Origin: Prevotellaceae bacterium
GTDB taxonomy: Bacteria; Bacteroidota; Bacteroidia; Bacteroidales; Paludibacteraceae
Direction: 5' to 3'
Assembly (NCBI GenBank): GCA_031271815.1
Contig: JAISVA010000033.1
Span: 121,234-185,233 of the forward strand
DNA: 64,000 nt
This document shows positions 46,884 to 57,606 of the stretch, one piece after another (the first letter of the stretch is position 1; each line of letters begins with the position of its first letter). Under the pieces are notes generated by a model, which had not been told where the DNA came from, did no database searches, and saw only the letters and a list, made by a program, of their open reading frames with translations. Both the position numbers and the translations under genes were made by a program.

Positions 46884-47327
46884 TTATTCCAGATCAAGAA
46901 GCGCATCACCTTGTAGTACGCTCTGTCCGGTATGAACATGAATGGCTTTTACGATACCGTCCCTGTCTGCCAGAATGTTATTTTCCATTTTCATGGATTC
47001 AATAATAACTAATTGGTCGCCACGTTTAACTTCCTGTCCGACGGAAACCGGAATCTTGAAGATGCTGCCGGGAAGAGGCGATTTGACTGACTTTGCGCTC
47101 CCTGCCGGTTTTTTCGGAGCGGGAGCAGCTGCCTGCTGAGGCGCAGAAACAGTGTTTCTTACACTTCTTTTTGCAATAGACGGCTTGCTTGCCGGGGCAG
47201 TATTTTCTCTTTCAAACTCCACGGTGTATGGTTTTCCGTTGACAATGATTTCTGCCACGCCTTTATCCTGTTCGGTTACGGAAACTTCAAAAGTTTTACC
47301 TTCAATTTTAATTTTGAATTTCTTCAT
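46884..47327 (-). CDS. mmdC: biotin carboxyl carrier subunit (biotin/lipoyl attachment domain)
   Basis: Ala/Pro-rich linker. C-terminal biotinyl domain with the EAMKM motif (LVIIESMKMEN). Confidence 0.85.
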   Translation of the reverse strand: MKKFKIKIEGKTFEVSVTEQDKGVAEIIVNGKPYTVEFERENTAPASKPSIAKRSVRNTVSAPQQAAAPAPKKPAGSAKSVKSPLPGSIFKIPVSVGQEVKRGDQLVIIESMKMENNILADRDGIVKAIHVHTGQSVLQGDALLDLE

Positions 47328-47395
47328 TTTATAATATTATTTTTTATCATAATTTTATTGAATACCTGTATTTTTGAATTCGATGGGAATAACGA

Positions 47396-48955
47396 TTATA
47401 AAGGTATGTTATTATGTTTACGCGACGGATTAACCTCTTTCTTGGTTTGTATGGACCTGAATGCCCGGATTACGCGGAAACGCGTGTTGCGCGGCTCAAT
47501 TACATCGTCAATATATCCCATTGAAGCAGCCTGGTAAGGGTTGGCAAATGCTTCCTGGTATTCTTTTGTTTTTTCCTGAATGAATTTTGCTTTCTCTTCC
47601 GGATTTTCAATTTTTGAGATGGCTTTTCCTTCCAATACTTCGATGGCTCCGCTTGCTCCCATTACGGCAATTTCGGCGGTAGGCCAGGCGTAGTTGAAGT
47701 CTCCGCGAAGCTGTTTGCAACTCATCACATCGTGAGCGCCTCCGTATGATTTACGCAGTGTTACGGTTACTTTCGGAATGGTTGCTTCGCCGTAAGCGAA
47801 CAGCAGTTTTGCTCCGTGAACGATGATGCCGCCCTGTTCCTGACCCGATCCGGGAAGGAATCCGGGAACGTCCACCAGTGTAAGAACCGGAATATTGAAA
47901 GCGTCGCAGAATCGCACGAAACGGGCTGCCTTGCGAGATGATTCGATGTCCAGGATTCCTGCCATTTGCGAAGGCTGATTGGCTACGATTCCGGTCGAAA
48001 CGCCATCGAAACGGGCAAATCCGACGATGATGCTTTTGGCATAATCGGCGTGTACTTCAAAAAAATCGCCGTAGTCCGTAATCGAGGAGATTACCTGCAT
48101 CATATCATATGGCTGGTTCGGATTTTCGGGCAGCAGCGAGTTGAGTGAATCCTCTTTTCTTTCGATTGGGTCATCGCATTCTGTGATTGGCGCATCTTCC
48201 AGGTTGTTTTGAGGCAGGTATGACAACAGGTCGCGGATGGTAGCCAGCCCGCTTTCTTCGTTCTCTGCCACAAAATGAGCTACTCCCGAGCGCGATGCGT
48301 GCATATTGGCGCCTCCAAGAGCTTCTACCGAAATATCTTCGCCGGTAACAGCCTTTACAACTTTCGGACCTGTGATAAACATATAGCTGTTTTCTTCCGA
48401 CATCATAATAAAGTCGGTCAGGGCGGGCGAGTAAACCGAACCGCCTGCACAAGGACCGAAGATAACCGAAATTTGAGGAATCACGCCTGATGCGAGGATA
48501 TTACGCTGGAAAATTTCAGCGTATCCGGCAAGCGAACCTACGCCTTCCTGAATGCGGGCGCCTCCCGAATCGTTGATTCCGATAACCGGAGCGCCCATTT
48601 TCATTGCCAGGTCCATTATTTTACAAATTTTCATTGCAAAAGTTTCGGAAAGCGAACCGCCGAAAACGGTAAAATCGTGCGAGTAAACATAAACTAAGCG
48701 GCCGTTGATGGTTCCCTGACCGGTAACAACTCCGTCGCCAAGGTATTTTTCCTTCTCCATCCCGAAGTTGGTACAACGGTGGGTTACGAACATATCCAAC
48801 TCTTCAAAACTGCCTTCGTCGAGCAGTAGGTCAATTCTTTCGCGGGCAGTTAATTTTCCTTTTGCGTGTTGAGCTTCGATTCTTTTTTCGCCGCCCCCCT
48901 GTTTGGCTTTTACCCGAAGGTCGATTAACTGTTTAATTTTATCTTCGTTTTTCAT
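47396..48955 (-). CDS. mmdA: methylmalonyl-CoA decarboxylase alpha subunit (carboxyltransferase, propionyl-CoA carboxylase beta-chain family)
   Basis: 519 aa. Carboxyltransferase N and C domains ([15 protein letters not shown]…). Typical length and gene context. Confidence 0.9.
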   Translation of the reverse strand: MKNEDKIKQLIDLRVKAKQGGGEKRIEAQHAKGKLTARERIDLLLDEGSFEELDMFVTHRCTNFGMEKEKYLGDGVVTGQGTINGRLVYVYSHDFTVFGGSLSETFAMKICKIMDLAMKMGAPVIGINDSGGARIQEGVGSLAGYAEIFQRNILASGVIPQISVIFGPCAGGSVYSPALTDFIMMSEENSYMFITGPKVVKAVTGEDISVEALGGANMHASRSGVAHFVAENEESGLATIRDLLSYLPQNNLEDAPITECDDPIERKEDSLNSLLPENPNQPYDMMQVISSITDYGDFFEVHADYAKSIIVGFARFDGVSTGIVANQPSQMAGILDIESSRKAARFVRFCDAFNIPVLTLVDVPGFLPGSGQEQGGIIVHGAKLLFAYGEATIPKVTVTLRKSYGGAHDVMSCKQLRGDFNYAWPTAEIAVMGASGAIEVLEGKAISKIENPEEKAKFIQEKTKEYQEAFANPYQAASMGYIDDVIEPRNTRFRVIRAFRSIQTKKEVNPSRKHNNIPL

Positions 48956-48966
48956 ATGATTTATTT

Positions 48967-49377
48967 TTATTTGTTCGGATTTTCACAAAGTTCGGTAAGA
49001 ACGCCTCCGGTAGATTTCGGGTGCAGGAATGCAATGTTCAGCCCTTCGGCGCCTTTTCTCGGTTTTTGGTCAATCAGTTGAACGCCTCTTTCGGCAGCCA
49101 ATTGAAGTTTTTGCTCCAATCCTTCAACCGCGTAAGCGATGTGATGAACGCCTTCGCCTCTTTTCTCAATAAATTTGGCAATTGTACTTTCCGGATCGGT
49201 TGCTTCAAGCAATTCGATTTTGGTTTCTCCAACTTTTAGAAAAGCTGTTTTTACTTTCTGTTCTTTTACTTCTTCAACAGCGTAACATTTTAATCCTAAA
49301 ACATTTTCGTAATAAGGCAATGCCGCTTCAATGCTTTTTACCGCAATTCCAATGTGTTCAATGTGCGTAGGGTTCAT
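48967..49377 (-). CDS. mce: methylmalonyl-CoA epimerase (glyoxalase/VOC family)
   Basis: 136 aa VOC fold ([10 protein letters not shown]…HHIAYAV), first gene of the mmd operon. Confidence 0.8.
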   Translation of the reverse strand: MNPTHIEHIGIAVKSIEAALPYYENVLGLKCYAVEEVKEQKVKTAFLKVGETKIELLEATDPESTIAKFIEKRGEGVHHIAYAVEGLEQKLQLAAERGVQLIDQKPRKGAEGLNIAFLHPKSTGGVLTELCENPNK

Positions 49378-49754
49378 AACTATTTGTAAGATTTATTCGT
49401 GTGAATATTTGTTTTTTTAAAATCGCTCGAAATTACCCAAAAAAAAGATATAAACCAAGCAAATAAAACCTTAAAATAGCTTAATTTCACGGGAATTGAA
49501 GGCAGCAGAAAAAGGGTGTTTTGACTAATTTTAATGTAAAAACGGAAATATAGTTCCAAAGGTAATTTTTAGTAATTAATCGGGCGCAATTTGATAGTAA
49601 TTTAGAGGTAAAACAAGACAAAATTTATTCTTATTCTCATAGAAATGTAAAGAGCGTGACGCGTTTTTTTCTGTTCATTGGGTCTTGTGTTCAGGAAAAA
49701 GATCATATTTTGTAAAGTGTGTTTAAAAAGAGAAGATTTATTTCGCTTTTTAGT

Positions 49755-49762
49755 ATAAATTT
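49755..49762 (+). promoter_or_regulatory. Bacteroidetes -7 promoter element TAnnTTTG upstream of the TRIC-family gene
   Basis: taaatttg lies 29 nt upstream of ATG 49791. Confidence 0.4.
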
Positions 49763-49790
49763 GCACCATAAAATCAAAGCTAAAAAAATA

Positions 49791-50426
49791 ATGGAATTTC
49801 TCAGATTCGTTGATATATTGGAATTTCTCGGAACATTTGCTTTTTCCATTTCCGGGATACGCCTGGCTTCGGCTAAGCAGTTTGACTGGTTCGGCGCATT
49901 TGTTATCGGATTCGCGACGGCGGTCGGTGGAGGAACGATGCGCGATTTGATGCTCGATCAGACCCCGTTTTGGATGATTAATCCCATTTACATCATCTCT
50001 ACGGGAATAGCGCTGTTTGTTGTTATTTTTTACCGAAAAATCCTGATACGGCTCAATTATACCATTTTTACGTTCGATGCCATCGGACTGGCTCTTTTTA
50101 CGGTGGTGGGGATTGAGAAAACGCTGGCTTGCGGGTTCCCTTTCTGGGTGGCGTTGATTATGGGGATAATTACGGGTTGCGTCGGGGGAATTATCCGAGA
50201 TGTGCTGATTACCGAAATCCCGCTGATTTTCAGAAAAGAGATTTATGCGCTGGCGAGCCTTGTCGGCGGACTTTTTTACTTCGCAAGCGACCTGGCAGGA
50301 ATGCCTGCCGAGGCTACTAAGGTAATTGCCGTTATAGCCGTTATTCTGACTCGGGTAATTGCCGTTCGGTTCCGCATCAGTCTGCCGATACTTAAAGGGA
50401 GTGAAGATGAGAAAGGGATTGAGTGA
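49791..50426 (+). CDS. trimeric intracellular cation channel (TRIC/UPF0126) family membrane protein
   Basis: The ORF track starts at 49719, but the likely start is MEFLRFVDILEF. Two internal repeats with glycine-rich motifs (GFATAVGGGTMRD, ITGCVGGIIRD). Confidence 0.7.
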   Translation: MEFLRFVDILEFLGTFAFSISGIRLASAKQFDWFGAFVIGFATAVGGGTMRDLMLDQTPFWMINPIYIISTGIALFVVIFYRKILIRLNYTIFTFDAIGLALFTVVGIEKTLACGFPFWVALIMGIITGCVGGIIRDVLITEIPLIFRKEIYALASLVGGLFYFASDLAGMPAEATKVIAVIAVILTRVIAVRFRISLPILKGSEDEKGIE

Positions 50427-50638
50427 TGTTGTATGCCTGTGCGGTTTTATAAGTTATTGTCAGTATTAAATTAAATGCTTATCAGCCATACTACCTCTAA
50501 CGAAAAAAAGTAAACACAAGGACACAAAGCACACAAAGAGAATAAATACAACTTCGTGTTCATTCAGGTTATTTTTTATTATTTCAACTCTGCAAAAGTA
50601 CGACTTTTCCGGTAAATTCAATTAATGCTTTCGTATTC

Positions 50639-51196
50639 TTATTCCTGACTTTTCTGTTTCAGCAAATCCCTTAACAATGAAGCTTTTTCGTAATCTTCTT
50701 TTTTTACGGCATCTTCCATTTCTTGCTGAATTTCGGTCGGTGAGAGGTCAAACAGGCTTTTCTGCCCGCTTTTTCCCTCACGCACGTTCGAACTTGGGAT
50801 AACACCTGCTATTTTCAGCACATTTTCGTTAGTATAAATCGGCACGTTGAAGCGTAACGCCATAGCGATGGCATCGGACGAGCGCACGTCAAACCGCTCC
50901 GTTTCGCCGTTTCGCTCGCACAGCATTGCGGCGTGGAATATTCCTTTTACAATATCATATATATATACCTCTTTCACTTCGATTCCGAAATGTATCATCA
51001 CGTTGAAAAAAAGGTCGTGCGTCAGCGGACGCGGGGGTTGCAGGTGGTCAATGGCGATAGCGATGGATTGAGCCTCGCCCGAGCCTACGACAATGGGCAG
51101 CCGTCTGTCTCCTTCCTTTTCTTTCAAAAGGGCAATGTAGGTATCGGGCGATTGACTGATGGTCAGTCCCAGTATAGATAATTCAATTCTCTTCAT
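50639..51196 (-). CDS. bifunctional nuclease family protein (BFN/DUF151 domain with C-terminal UVR motif)
   Basis: N-terminal domain matches the BFN/DUF151 pattern (LPIVVGSGEAQSIAIA…THDL). C-terminal EMEDAVKKEDYEKASLLRDLL is UVR-like. Confidence 0.65.
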   Translation of the reverse strand: MKRIELSILGLTISQSPDTYIALLKEKEGDRRLPIVVGSGEAQSIAIAIDHLQPPRPLTHDLFFNVMIHFGIEVKEVYIYDIVKGIFHAAMLCERNGETERFDVRSSDAIAMALRFNVPIYTNENVLKIAGVIPSSNVREGKSGQKSLFDLSPTEIQQEMEDAVKKEDYEKASLLRDLLKQKSQE

Positions 51197-51307
51197 TTTT
51201 TATTTTTTTATAAGGACAAACTTAAACAAAATATGATAAACGATAAAAAAAACCATTTAAAATAGTCAAAAAATACGATGAACATTTTTTTTTCAAATAT
51301 TTTTTGT

Positions 51308-51315
51308 ACTTTTGC
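51308..51315 (+). promoter_or_regulatory. TAnnTTTG -7 promoter element for rplU-rpmA
   Basis: tacttttg lies 77 nt upstream of the rplU ATG and is preceded by A/T tracts. The long leader is consistent with a ribosomal-protein operon leader. Confidence 0.4.
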
Positions 51316-51391
51316 AGCCGATTTTCCTTCGTGGTACGAATAAGTGGCAGAAAACCCACCACCGGAACTAACTTAAAAAATATAAGTTTAT

Positions 51392-51703
51392 ATGTACGCT
51401 ATCGTAGAAATTGCAGGACAGCAGTTTAGAGTACAACAAGGACAAAAAGTATTTGTTCATCGTTTGGAAGCAGAACGCGGCGCTGTAGTAGAATTTGAAA
51501 AAGTGCTGTTGATTGACAATGACGGCAAGGTGGTTATCGGCGCTCCGCTCGTAAGCGGCGCAAAAGTAACTGCAGAGGTTATTTCTCACTTGAGGGGAGA
51601 CAAAGTGATTGTTTTTCACAAGAAAAGAAGAAAAGGTTACAGAAAAAGAAACGGTCATCGTCAATATTTGACCGAATTAAAAATTAATTCAGTAGTTGCT
51701 TAA
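51392..51703 (+). CDS. rplU: 50S ribosomal protein L21
   Basis: [26 protein letters not shown]… is the canonical L21 sequence. Confidence 0.95.
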   Translation: MYAIVEIAGQQFRVQQGQKVFVHRLEAERGAVVEFEKVLLIDNDGKVVIGAPLVSGAKVTAEVISHLRGDKVIVFHKKRRKGYRKRNGHRQYLTELKINSVVA

Positions 51704-51722
51704 CATTTAAAATTGTAGAAAA

Positions 51723-51980
51723 ATGGCACACAAAAAAGGAGTCGGTAGTTCCAAAAACGGTCGTGAATCAGCAAGTAAGCGACTTGGAGTTAAAATATTC
51801 GGAGGTCAGTTCGCAAAAGCAGGAAACATTCTTGTACGCCAACGCGGCACAACCCACCATGCAGGCGAAAATGTAGGTATCGGAAAAGACCACACATTAT
51901 TTGCATTAACTGATGGTCAGGTTTCATTCAGAAAAAGAAAAGACAACCGGTCTTTCGTTTCTGTTTTACCACTTGCGTAA
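51723..51980 (+). CDS. rpmA: 50S ribosomal protein L27
   Basis: [29 protein letters not shown]… is the canonical L27 sequence. Confidence 0.95.
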   Translation: MAHKKGVGSSKNGRESASKRLGVKIFGGQFAKAGNILVRQRGTTHHAGENVGIGKDHTLFALTDGQVSFRKRKDNRSFVSVLPLA

Positions 51981-52001
51981 TGTTTTTTGTAAGGAATATG
52001 G

Positions 52002-52039
52002 AAAGAGGCGCTCAAAAAGGGTGCCTCTTTTTTGTTTTA
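52002..52039 (+). terminator. rho-independent terminator after rpmA (probably bidirectional with the convergent mnmA)
   Basis: Stem aaagaggc/gcctcttt with a 13-nt loop, followed by ttttgtttt. Confidence 0.6.
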
Positions 52040-52070
52040 GTTGACTGAGCTAATTGGAAAATTTGATCAA

Positions 52071-53186
52071 TCAGGCTTCCCTGGAAAATTTACATGAGTT
52101 TTTGAAATTGGCAATCACACCGCCACCCAACACACAATCACCGCTGTAAAAAACAGCCGACTGTCCGGGTGTAACCGCACTTACAGGCGTTTCAAAATGA
52201 ACCTGTAAATAATTCTCGTCTATAATTTCGATAGTTGCCGGTTCGGGTTTTGAGCGATAACGGATGCGGACTTCTACTTTTTTATTATTTTCCACATCGG
52301 AAGGATTGACCAGCAAGTAGTTTTCGACCAGCATTCTGTTGGTTTCGAGCTGCTCCTTTTCGCCGAGCATAATGGTGTTTTTGCGCGGATTGATTTTCAA
52401 CACATAAGCAGGATAACCCAAAGCAATTTCCAACCCTTTCCGTTGCCCGATAGTGTAAAACGGAAAACCTTTGTGTACTCCCAGTTTTTTCCCCTGCTTA
52501 TCTACAAAGTAACCTTGTCCCGGATTTTCGTCAACAGAAGGAATATTTTCCCGGAGAAAATCGCGGTAATCCTTCTCTACGAAACAGATTTCCATACTTT
52601 CGCTTTTTTTTACCAGTTGGTCAAATCCGTTTTTTATCGCCTCCGCCTTCGTTTCTTCTTTGGTCATTCTGCCGAGCGGCATCATTGCACGGCTCAGAAT
52701 CTCCTGCGAAACGCCCCACAAAAAATATGACTGATCCTTTTTTTCGTCATCCCCCTTTTTTATATAGAAAAAATCACCGGTTTGTTCAATTTGTGCATAA
52801 TGTCCCGTGGCAATGTACTCGCAATTGCGCCGGTCGGCCAAGTCCAGCAGCAATTTCCATTTTATATGCCTGTTGCATTCGACACACGGATTTGGCGTTC
52901 TGCCCGACAGGTATTCGCTTGTAAAATAATCAATTACTTTTGCTTTAAATTCCGGACGCACATCCAAAACGTGATGTGGAAAATTCAGTTTCTCAGCCAG
53001 ACTTCTTGCTTCAAGAATGTAATCAGGCTCGTCGCGACGGAATTTCGCAAAACTTCTTTCCGTATCCCACATACGCATCGTAACTCCCTCTATCTGATAG
53101 CCTTGATTCAATAAAAGCATACAAACGGCAGAGCTATCCACTCCGCCGCTCATGGCTACTAACACCCGTTTCTTTTTATTTTCCAC
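52071..53186 (-). CDS. mnmA: tRNA 2-thiouridine(34) synthase
   Basis: PP-loop VLVAMSGGVDSS. Catalytic-Cys context CVECNRHIKWKLL. About 370 aa. Confidence 0.9.
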   Translation of the reverse strand: MENKKKRVLVAMSGGVDSSAVCMLLLNQGYQIEGVTMRMWDTERSFAKFRRDEPDYILEARSLAEKLNFPHHVLDVRPEFKAKVIDYFTSEYLSGRTPNPCVECNRHIKWKLLLDLADRRNCEYIATGHYAQIEQTGDFFYIKKGDDEKKDQSYFLWGVSQEILSRAMMPLGRMTKEETKAEAIKNGFDQLVKKSESMEICFVEKDYRDFLRENIPSVDENPGQGYFVDKQGKKLGVHKGFPFYTIGQRKGLEIALGYPAYVLKINPRKNTIMLGEKEQLETNRMLVENYLLVNPSDVENNKKVEVRIRYRSKPEPATIEIIDENYLQVHFETPVSAVTPGQSAVFYSGDCVLGGGVIANFKNSCKFSREA

Positions 53187-53197
53187 GATATGCTTTT

Positions 53198-53998
53198 TTA
53201 ATATTGCGGTTCGGGACGGCGGAAAGGATTGTCAATTTCATCTAAATTAAGTGTCGGCTCGTTGAATTTTCCTTTATTTTTTTCGTTTTCGTCAAACGTT
53301 TTCCCGTGTTTTTTCTTCAATTCGTTTTCGTTCACACACACACCGTCCTGATATTTTTGAGTTTCTACGATTTTTCCGTTTTCATAGAAATTCCAATCAC
53401 CCTCCTTTTTGCCCATCACATATTGACCTGTAGCTACAGGTGTATCGTTACCTTCAAAAAGCCGGTAAGCGCCGTCTTCCTTGCCGTCAACGTATGAAAT
53501 TTCGGAATAAAGCTTTCCGTCTTCCAAATAATATTTGCGCATACCCTCTATTTTATCTTTTCTGTAAGGAATTTTCTCGACTATTGAACCGGTCCGGGAA
53601 TAGACAAGGGCAAGTCCTTCTTTCAGCCCGTTTTTATAATTTTCGGTCAAAACAAGCCTGTTTTCCGAGTAGTATTTCCATTCGCCCTCTTTTATCCGTC
53701 CGTAATATTTACCTGTGGCGGCAAGGGTTTTTCCGTTGACTTCATACAGTTTTATTTCGGAAATATCGTTTGCCAGATGGTTTTGTTCAATTTTCAGTTT
53801 TCCAGTTTCATAATAATGCTTAAACAGTCCGACAGGTTTATCATCTTTAAATTTCCCTTCATACATTACTATCCCGTTAGGATATTTTTTCGTCCATTCG
53901 CCTTGTTTTTTTCCCTTTTTATCCGTCACATTTTGAGCAAAAACGCCCAAGCACGACAGTAGCAGCGCTGCCACGAATATCAAAATTACTTTTCTCAT
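53198..53998 (-). CDS. MORN-repeat (YwqK-like) secreted protein
   Basis: The ORF track extends to 54121, but the signal peptide MRKVILIFVAALLLSCLGVFAQ marks the likely start. Multiple GEWTKKYPNG/GxxKxYYxxG MORN-like repeats. Confidence 0.7.
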   Translation of the reverse strand: MRKVILIFVAALLLSCLGVFAQNVTDKKGKKQGEWTKKYPNGIVMYEGKFKDDKPVGLFKHYYETGKLKIEQNHLANDISEIKLYEVNGKTLAATGKYYGRIKEGEWKYYSENRLVLTENYKNGLKEGLALVYSRTGSIVEKIPYRKDKIEGMRKYYLEDGKLYSEISYVDGKEDGAYRLFEGNDTPVATGQYVMGKKEGDWNFYENGKIVETQKYQDGVCVNENELKKKHGKTFDENEKNKGKFNEPTLNLDEIDNPFRRPEPQY

Positions 53999-54066
53999 AT
54001 TGAATTCATTTTCGGTTAAAAATACAAAGATACGAGAAAAAGATAGAAGATGATGCCCAAAATAGT

Positions 54067-54074
54067 TACATTTG
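54067..54074 (+). promoter_or_regulatory. TAnnTTTG -7 promoter element for hisA
   Basis: tacatttg lies 16 nt upstream of ATG 54090. Confidence 0.4.
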
Positions 54075-54089
54075 CAAAAAAAATGAGTT

Positions 54090-54821
54090 ATGATTGAAAT
54101 AATACCGGCCATTGATATCATTGACGGGAAGTGTGTGCGCCTCTCGCAAGGGGATTACGGGCAGAAAAAAGTGTATAACGAAAATCCGCTCGAAGTGGCA
54201 AAAATGTTTGAAAACGCTGGCATTCGCAGGCTGCACCTGGTTGATTTGGATGGAGCTAAAGCGCAGCACATCGTAAACTATAAGGTACTGGAGAGGATCG
54301 CGAACGGAACTTCGTTAATCATTGACTTCGGCGGCGGATTGAAAAGCGATGATGATTTGCGCATCGCCTTTGAATGCGGCGCAGAAATGGTCACAGGCGG
54401 AAGTATCGCTGTAAAAAATCCTGATGTTTTCAGCTCATGGATAAAACAGTTTGGAGCCGGAAAAATCATTCTCGGAGCCGATGTGAAAGACGAAAAAATA
54501 GCCGTTGGCGGCTGGCTGGAAAATACGGATGTGGATTTAATTCCGTTCATTCGCTCGTTTACCGCAAAAGGGATTGACAAGGTAATTTGTACCGACATCA
54601 GTAAAGACGGGATGTTGCAGGGGACTGCGGTGGATTTGTACGGGAAAATCCTGGACAGTTTTCCCGGTTTATACCTGATTGCAAGTGGCGGAGTGAGTTC
54701 GATGACCGATATCGAAACGCTCGAAAAAGCGGGTGTTCCTGCCGTCATCACCGGAAAAGCAATCTACGAAGGCAAAATAAAGATGAAAGATTTGGAAAAT
54801 TTCATAGAAAAAAAATCGTAA
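54090..54821 (+). CDS. hisA: 1-(5-phosphoribosyl)-5-[(5-phosphoribosylamino)methylideneamino]imidazole-4-carboxamide isomerase
   Basis: [23 protein letters not shown] is the HisA N-terminal signature. (beta/alpha)8 fold, 243 aa. Confidence 0.8.
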   Translation: MIEIIPAIDIIDGKCVRLSQGDYGQKKVYNENPLEVAKMFENAGIRRLHLVDLDGAKAQHIVNYKVLERIANGTSLIIDFGGGLKSDDDLRIAFECGAEMVTGGSIAVKNPDVFSSWIKQFGAGKIILGADVKDEKIAVGGWLENTDVDLIPFIRSFTAKGIDKVICTDISKDGMLQGTAVDLYGKILDSFPGLYLIASGGVSSMTDIETLEKAGVPAVITGKAIYEGKIKMKDLENFIEKKS

Positions 54822-54826
54822 ATTTG
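54819..54826 (+). promoter_or_regulatory. TAnnTTTG -7 promoter element for ftsE
   Basis: taaatttg lies 29 nt upstream of ATG 54855. Confidence 0.4.
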
Positions 54827-54854
54827 TGGTTGTTTAAATTAATTCTGCAAGCGT

Positions 54855-55544
54855 ATGACAAACAATAAAATGCTGATAGAATATAGAAATGTTTCCATAA
54901 ACCAACAGGAACAGCCTATTTTTAAGGATATTAACTTCCGGGTGTATGAAAAAGATTTTATCTACGTTTACGGACGGGTAGGGAGCGGGAAAAGTACGCT
55001 GTTGAAATCCTTTTACTACGAAGTTCCTGTTTTGTCGGGCGATTCCAACGTATTGGAGTATGATTTGCGCGCAATCAAGAAAAGGCACATTCCCCATCTG
55101 AGAAGAAACCTCGGTATTATTTTTCAGGATTTTAAATTATTGATTGACAGAAGTGTGAATGATAATCTGAAATTTGTACTCCGGGCCACCGGAAAACGCA
55201 CCAGGGCTGAAATCGAGACACGCATATCCGAAGTGCTGAAATACGTCGGAATGCCCAACAAAGGCTACAAAATGCCTCATGAACTTTCGGGCGGCGAACA
55301 GCAGCGAATCGCTATTGCGCGCGCATTATTGAACAGTCCGCGCATACTTTTAGCCGATGAGCCGACCGGCAATCTCGACAACGAAACCGGAAACTCGCTG
55401 ATGCAGCTGTTGCATAAGATTTCGCAGGAAGGGACAGCCGTAGTAATGGCTACCCACAACCCGCTTTGGGCGGAAAAGTATTCGGGCAGGATTATCCGCT
55501 GCGAAGATTGCAAATTAACCGAAGAGATTCATCCTGAAATTTGA
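54855..55544 (+). CDS. ftsE: cell division ATP-binding protein FtsE (ABC ATPase)
   Basis: Walker A GRVGSGKST. ABC signature LSGGEQQR. Walker B ILLADE. 229 aa. Confidence 0.8.
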   Translation: MTNNKMLIEYRNVSINQQEQPIFKDINFRVYEKDFIYVYGRVGSGKSTLLKSFYYEVPVLSGDSNVLEYDLRAIKKRHIPHLRRNLGIIFQDFKLLIDRSVNDNLKFVLRATGKRTRAEIETRISEVLKYVGMPNKGYKMPHELSGGEQQRIAIARALLNSPRILLADEPTGNLDNETGNSLMQLLHKISQEGTAVVMATHNPLWAEKYSGRIIRCEDCKLTEEIHPEI

Positions 55545-55571
55545 AATATTGGAATTTTGAAATAATTAATA

Positions 55572-56528
55572 ATGAAAGTTATAGATTTAATAAATAACAG
55601 CCGGTCAACCGCCTTCTCTTTCGAAATATTACCTCCGTTGAAGGGTAACAGTATTGATATGGTTTACAAAACGATTGATACCCTTCGCGAGTTCGATCCC
55701 AAGTACATCAACATTACCACGCATCGGAGCGAAATGGTCTATAAAACGACCGAAAACGGACTGTACCAATGTGTTGCCGAAAGACATCGCCCGGGAACCG
55801 TTGCCGTTGCAGCCGCCATCAAAAACAAGTATAAAATCAACGTTGTGCCGCACATTATCTGTAGCGGATTTTCCAAAGCCGAAACCGAGTATGTGCTGAT
55901 TGACCTGGATTTCCTGGGCATTCACGACCTGTTGGTTTTGCGTGGCGATAAGGCAAAGCACCAAAAAGAATTTATTTCAACCGAAGACGGCTACGAACAC
56001 GCATACGATTTACAACAGCAAATTAACAAGTTTAATAATGGTTTTTTTATAGACGGAACAGCACAGTTGCAAAAAAAAGAACAGGCATTTTCGTATGGTA
56101 TTGCCGGCTATCCCGAAAAACACGATGAAGCTCCCAACCTGGATTCGGACATCTACTGGCTAAAGAAAAAAGTAGAATCGGGAGCCGATTATATCGTAAC
56201 CCAAATGTTTTTCGACAACCAAAAGTATGTTGACTTCGTAAAACGCTGCCGCGAAGAAGGAATTACCGTTCCGATTATTCCCGGACTGAAGCCGGTTACG
56301 TTTATGAACCAATTAACGGTTCTTCCGAAAATCTTCCATATCGACATCCCGGAAGATTTTGCACTGGAATTGCGAAAATGCAAAACCGATGAAGAAGCGC
56401 GCATCACCGGCGTAGAATGGTGTACAAAGCAAGCCTTGGAGTTGAAAGCGCAAGGCGTTCCGAGCATTCACTTCTACTCGATGATGGCAACCAAAAGCGT
56501 AAAGGAAGTGGCGCAAAAAGTTTATTAA
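55572..56528 (+). CDS. metF: methylenetetrahydrofolate reductase [NAD(P)H]
   Basis: FSFEILPPLKG N-terminus and TIM-barrel MTHFR motifs (ADYIVTQMFFD). 318 aa. Confidence 0.9.
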   Translation: MKVIDLINNSRSTAFSFEILPPLKGNSIDMVYKTIDTLREFDPKYINITTHRSEMVYKTTENGLYQCVAERHRPGTVAVAAAIKNKYKINVVPHIICSGFSKAETEYVLIDLDFLGIHDLLVLRGDKAKHQKEFISTEDGYEHAYDLQQQINKFNNGFFIDGTAQLQKKEQAFSYGIAGYPEKHDEAPNLDSDIYWLKKKVESGADYIVTQMFFDNQKYVDFVKRCREEGITVPIIPGLKPVTFMNQLTVLPKIFHIDIPEDFALELRKCKTDEEARITGVEWCTKQALELKAQGVPSIHFYSMMATKSVKEVAQKVY

Positions 56529-56939
56529 AAATTAATAACCGGGTAATTATAAATTTGGAAGAACTATATATAACCGAAGAGTTGGAATGTTTAACGGAAA
56601 ACCCGATGGCTTCTTACACAAAAGATAATCGGAGAAAACTCTTGAAGAAGAGACGAAAGATTGCCTTATCCTTGAAGAGTTTTCCAAAAAAAGGATGAAT
56701 ATCATTCAATCCGTTTACTCCAACCCCGGCTGAATAGTTACACACAGACCATCGCCATACAATGAATCGGGAAAAGATGAGCGTTGCTTGCTGTATGTGT
56801 ACAAAGAAGTTAAAAGCAAAACGCAATGGGGATTTGCTTTTAAACGTATTGATAAAGACAATATAATTGTTTATTATATGAAAAATTTGAAACTGGTTTC
56901 TACATATAAATAATATTCTGCAAAATAATTTTACAAAAT

Positions 56940-57197
56940 ATGGGAGCATTTTTATTATTTCTTTTGATTTTAGTATTGGTAATTTTCTTTATTGCCCTTA
57001 GTTTAGTAGGAGGTATTTTGCGCGGCATTTTTGGCTTTTTCAACATAAAATCCAATAAGCGAAGACGATTTTCGGATGAAAATTATTCGGAAAAAAAAGA
57101 AAAGCCGGATTCATATCAATCGGTAGAAGGAGCAAGGAGAATGCGTAAATTTAAGAAAACAGCAGAAGATGCTGATTATGAAGAAATTGAAAATTAA
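56940..57197 (+). CDS. small membrane protein (85 aa), hypothetical
   Basis: N-terminal TM helix MGAFLLFLLILVLVIFFIALSLVGG followed by a charged tail. Confidence 0.4.
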   Translation: MGAFLLFLLILVLVIFFIALSLVGGILRGIFGFFNIKSNKRRRFSDENYSEKKEKPDSYQSVEGARRMRKFKKTAEDADYEEIEN

Positions 57198-57606
57198 AAA
57201 ACTTTTTTATACATTACGTTTTTTATAATTCACCCATTTTACTATTTTTTTTAAAATATTTCAGTCGAAATTTTTTTTATCATCAAAAAATGCTTATCTT
57301 TGTAGTTTTAAAATTAAATATTCAATTGTAGAATAGCCGAAATCTCCTTCTTGTATTAGAAAACACCACTTTTACATATACACAGAGAAGGTGCAAGTTC
57401 GTGTGCGAATGGCGTGGACTAACTGTTTTGTGTATGGGCATGTGGTGTGCCTCTAATAAGAATAGGGTGTTTGCGCCATTTTTTATTTAACCGGAACATA
57501 CGTAACTTATCGAACAGCAAGCCTGAAAATGGTTTGCTATTTTTATTCCCGTCTAAATTTTAGGATAAACAATACGAAAATTCGGAGCAAGTAACAAAAT
57601 AAAATA

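Noticed and set aside
53999-54121. N-terminal extension of the MORN-repeat ORF
   Set aside because: - A signal peptide begins at the internal Met (MRKVILIFVAALLLSCLGVFAQ).
- The upstream extension has no features and would overlap the hisA promoter.
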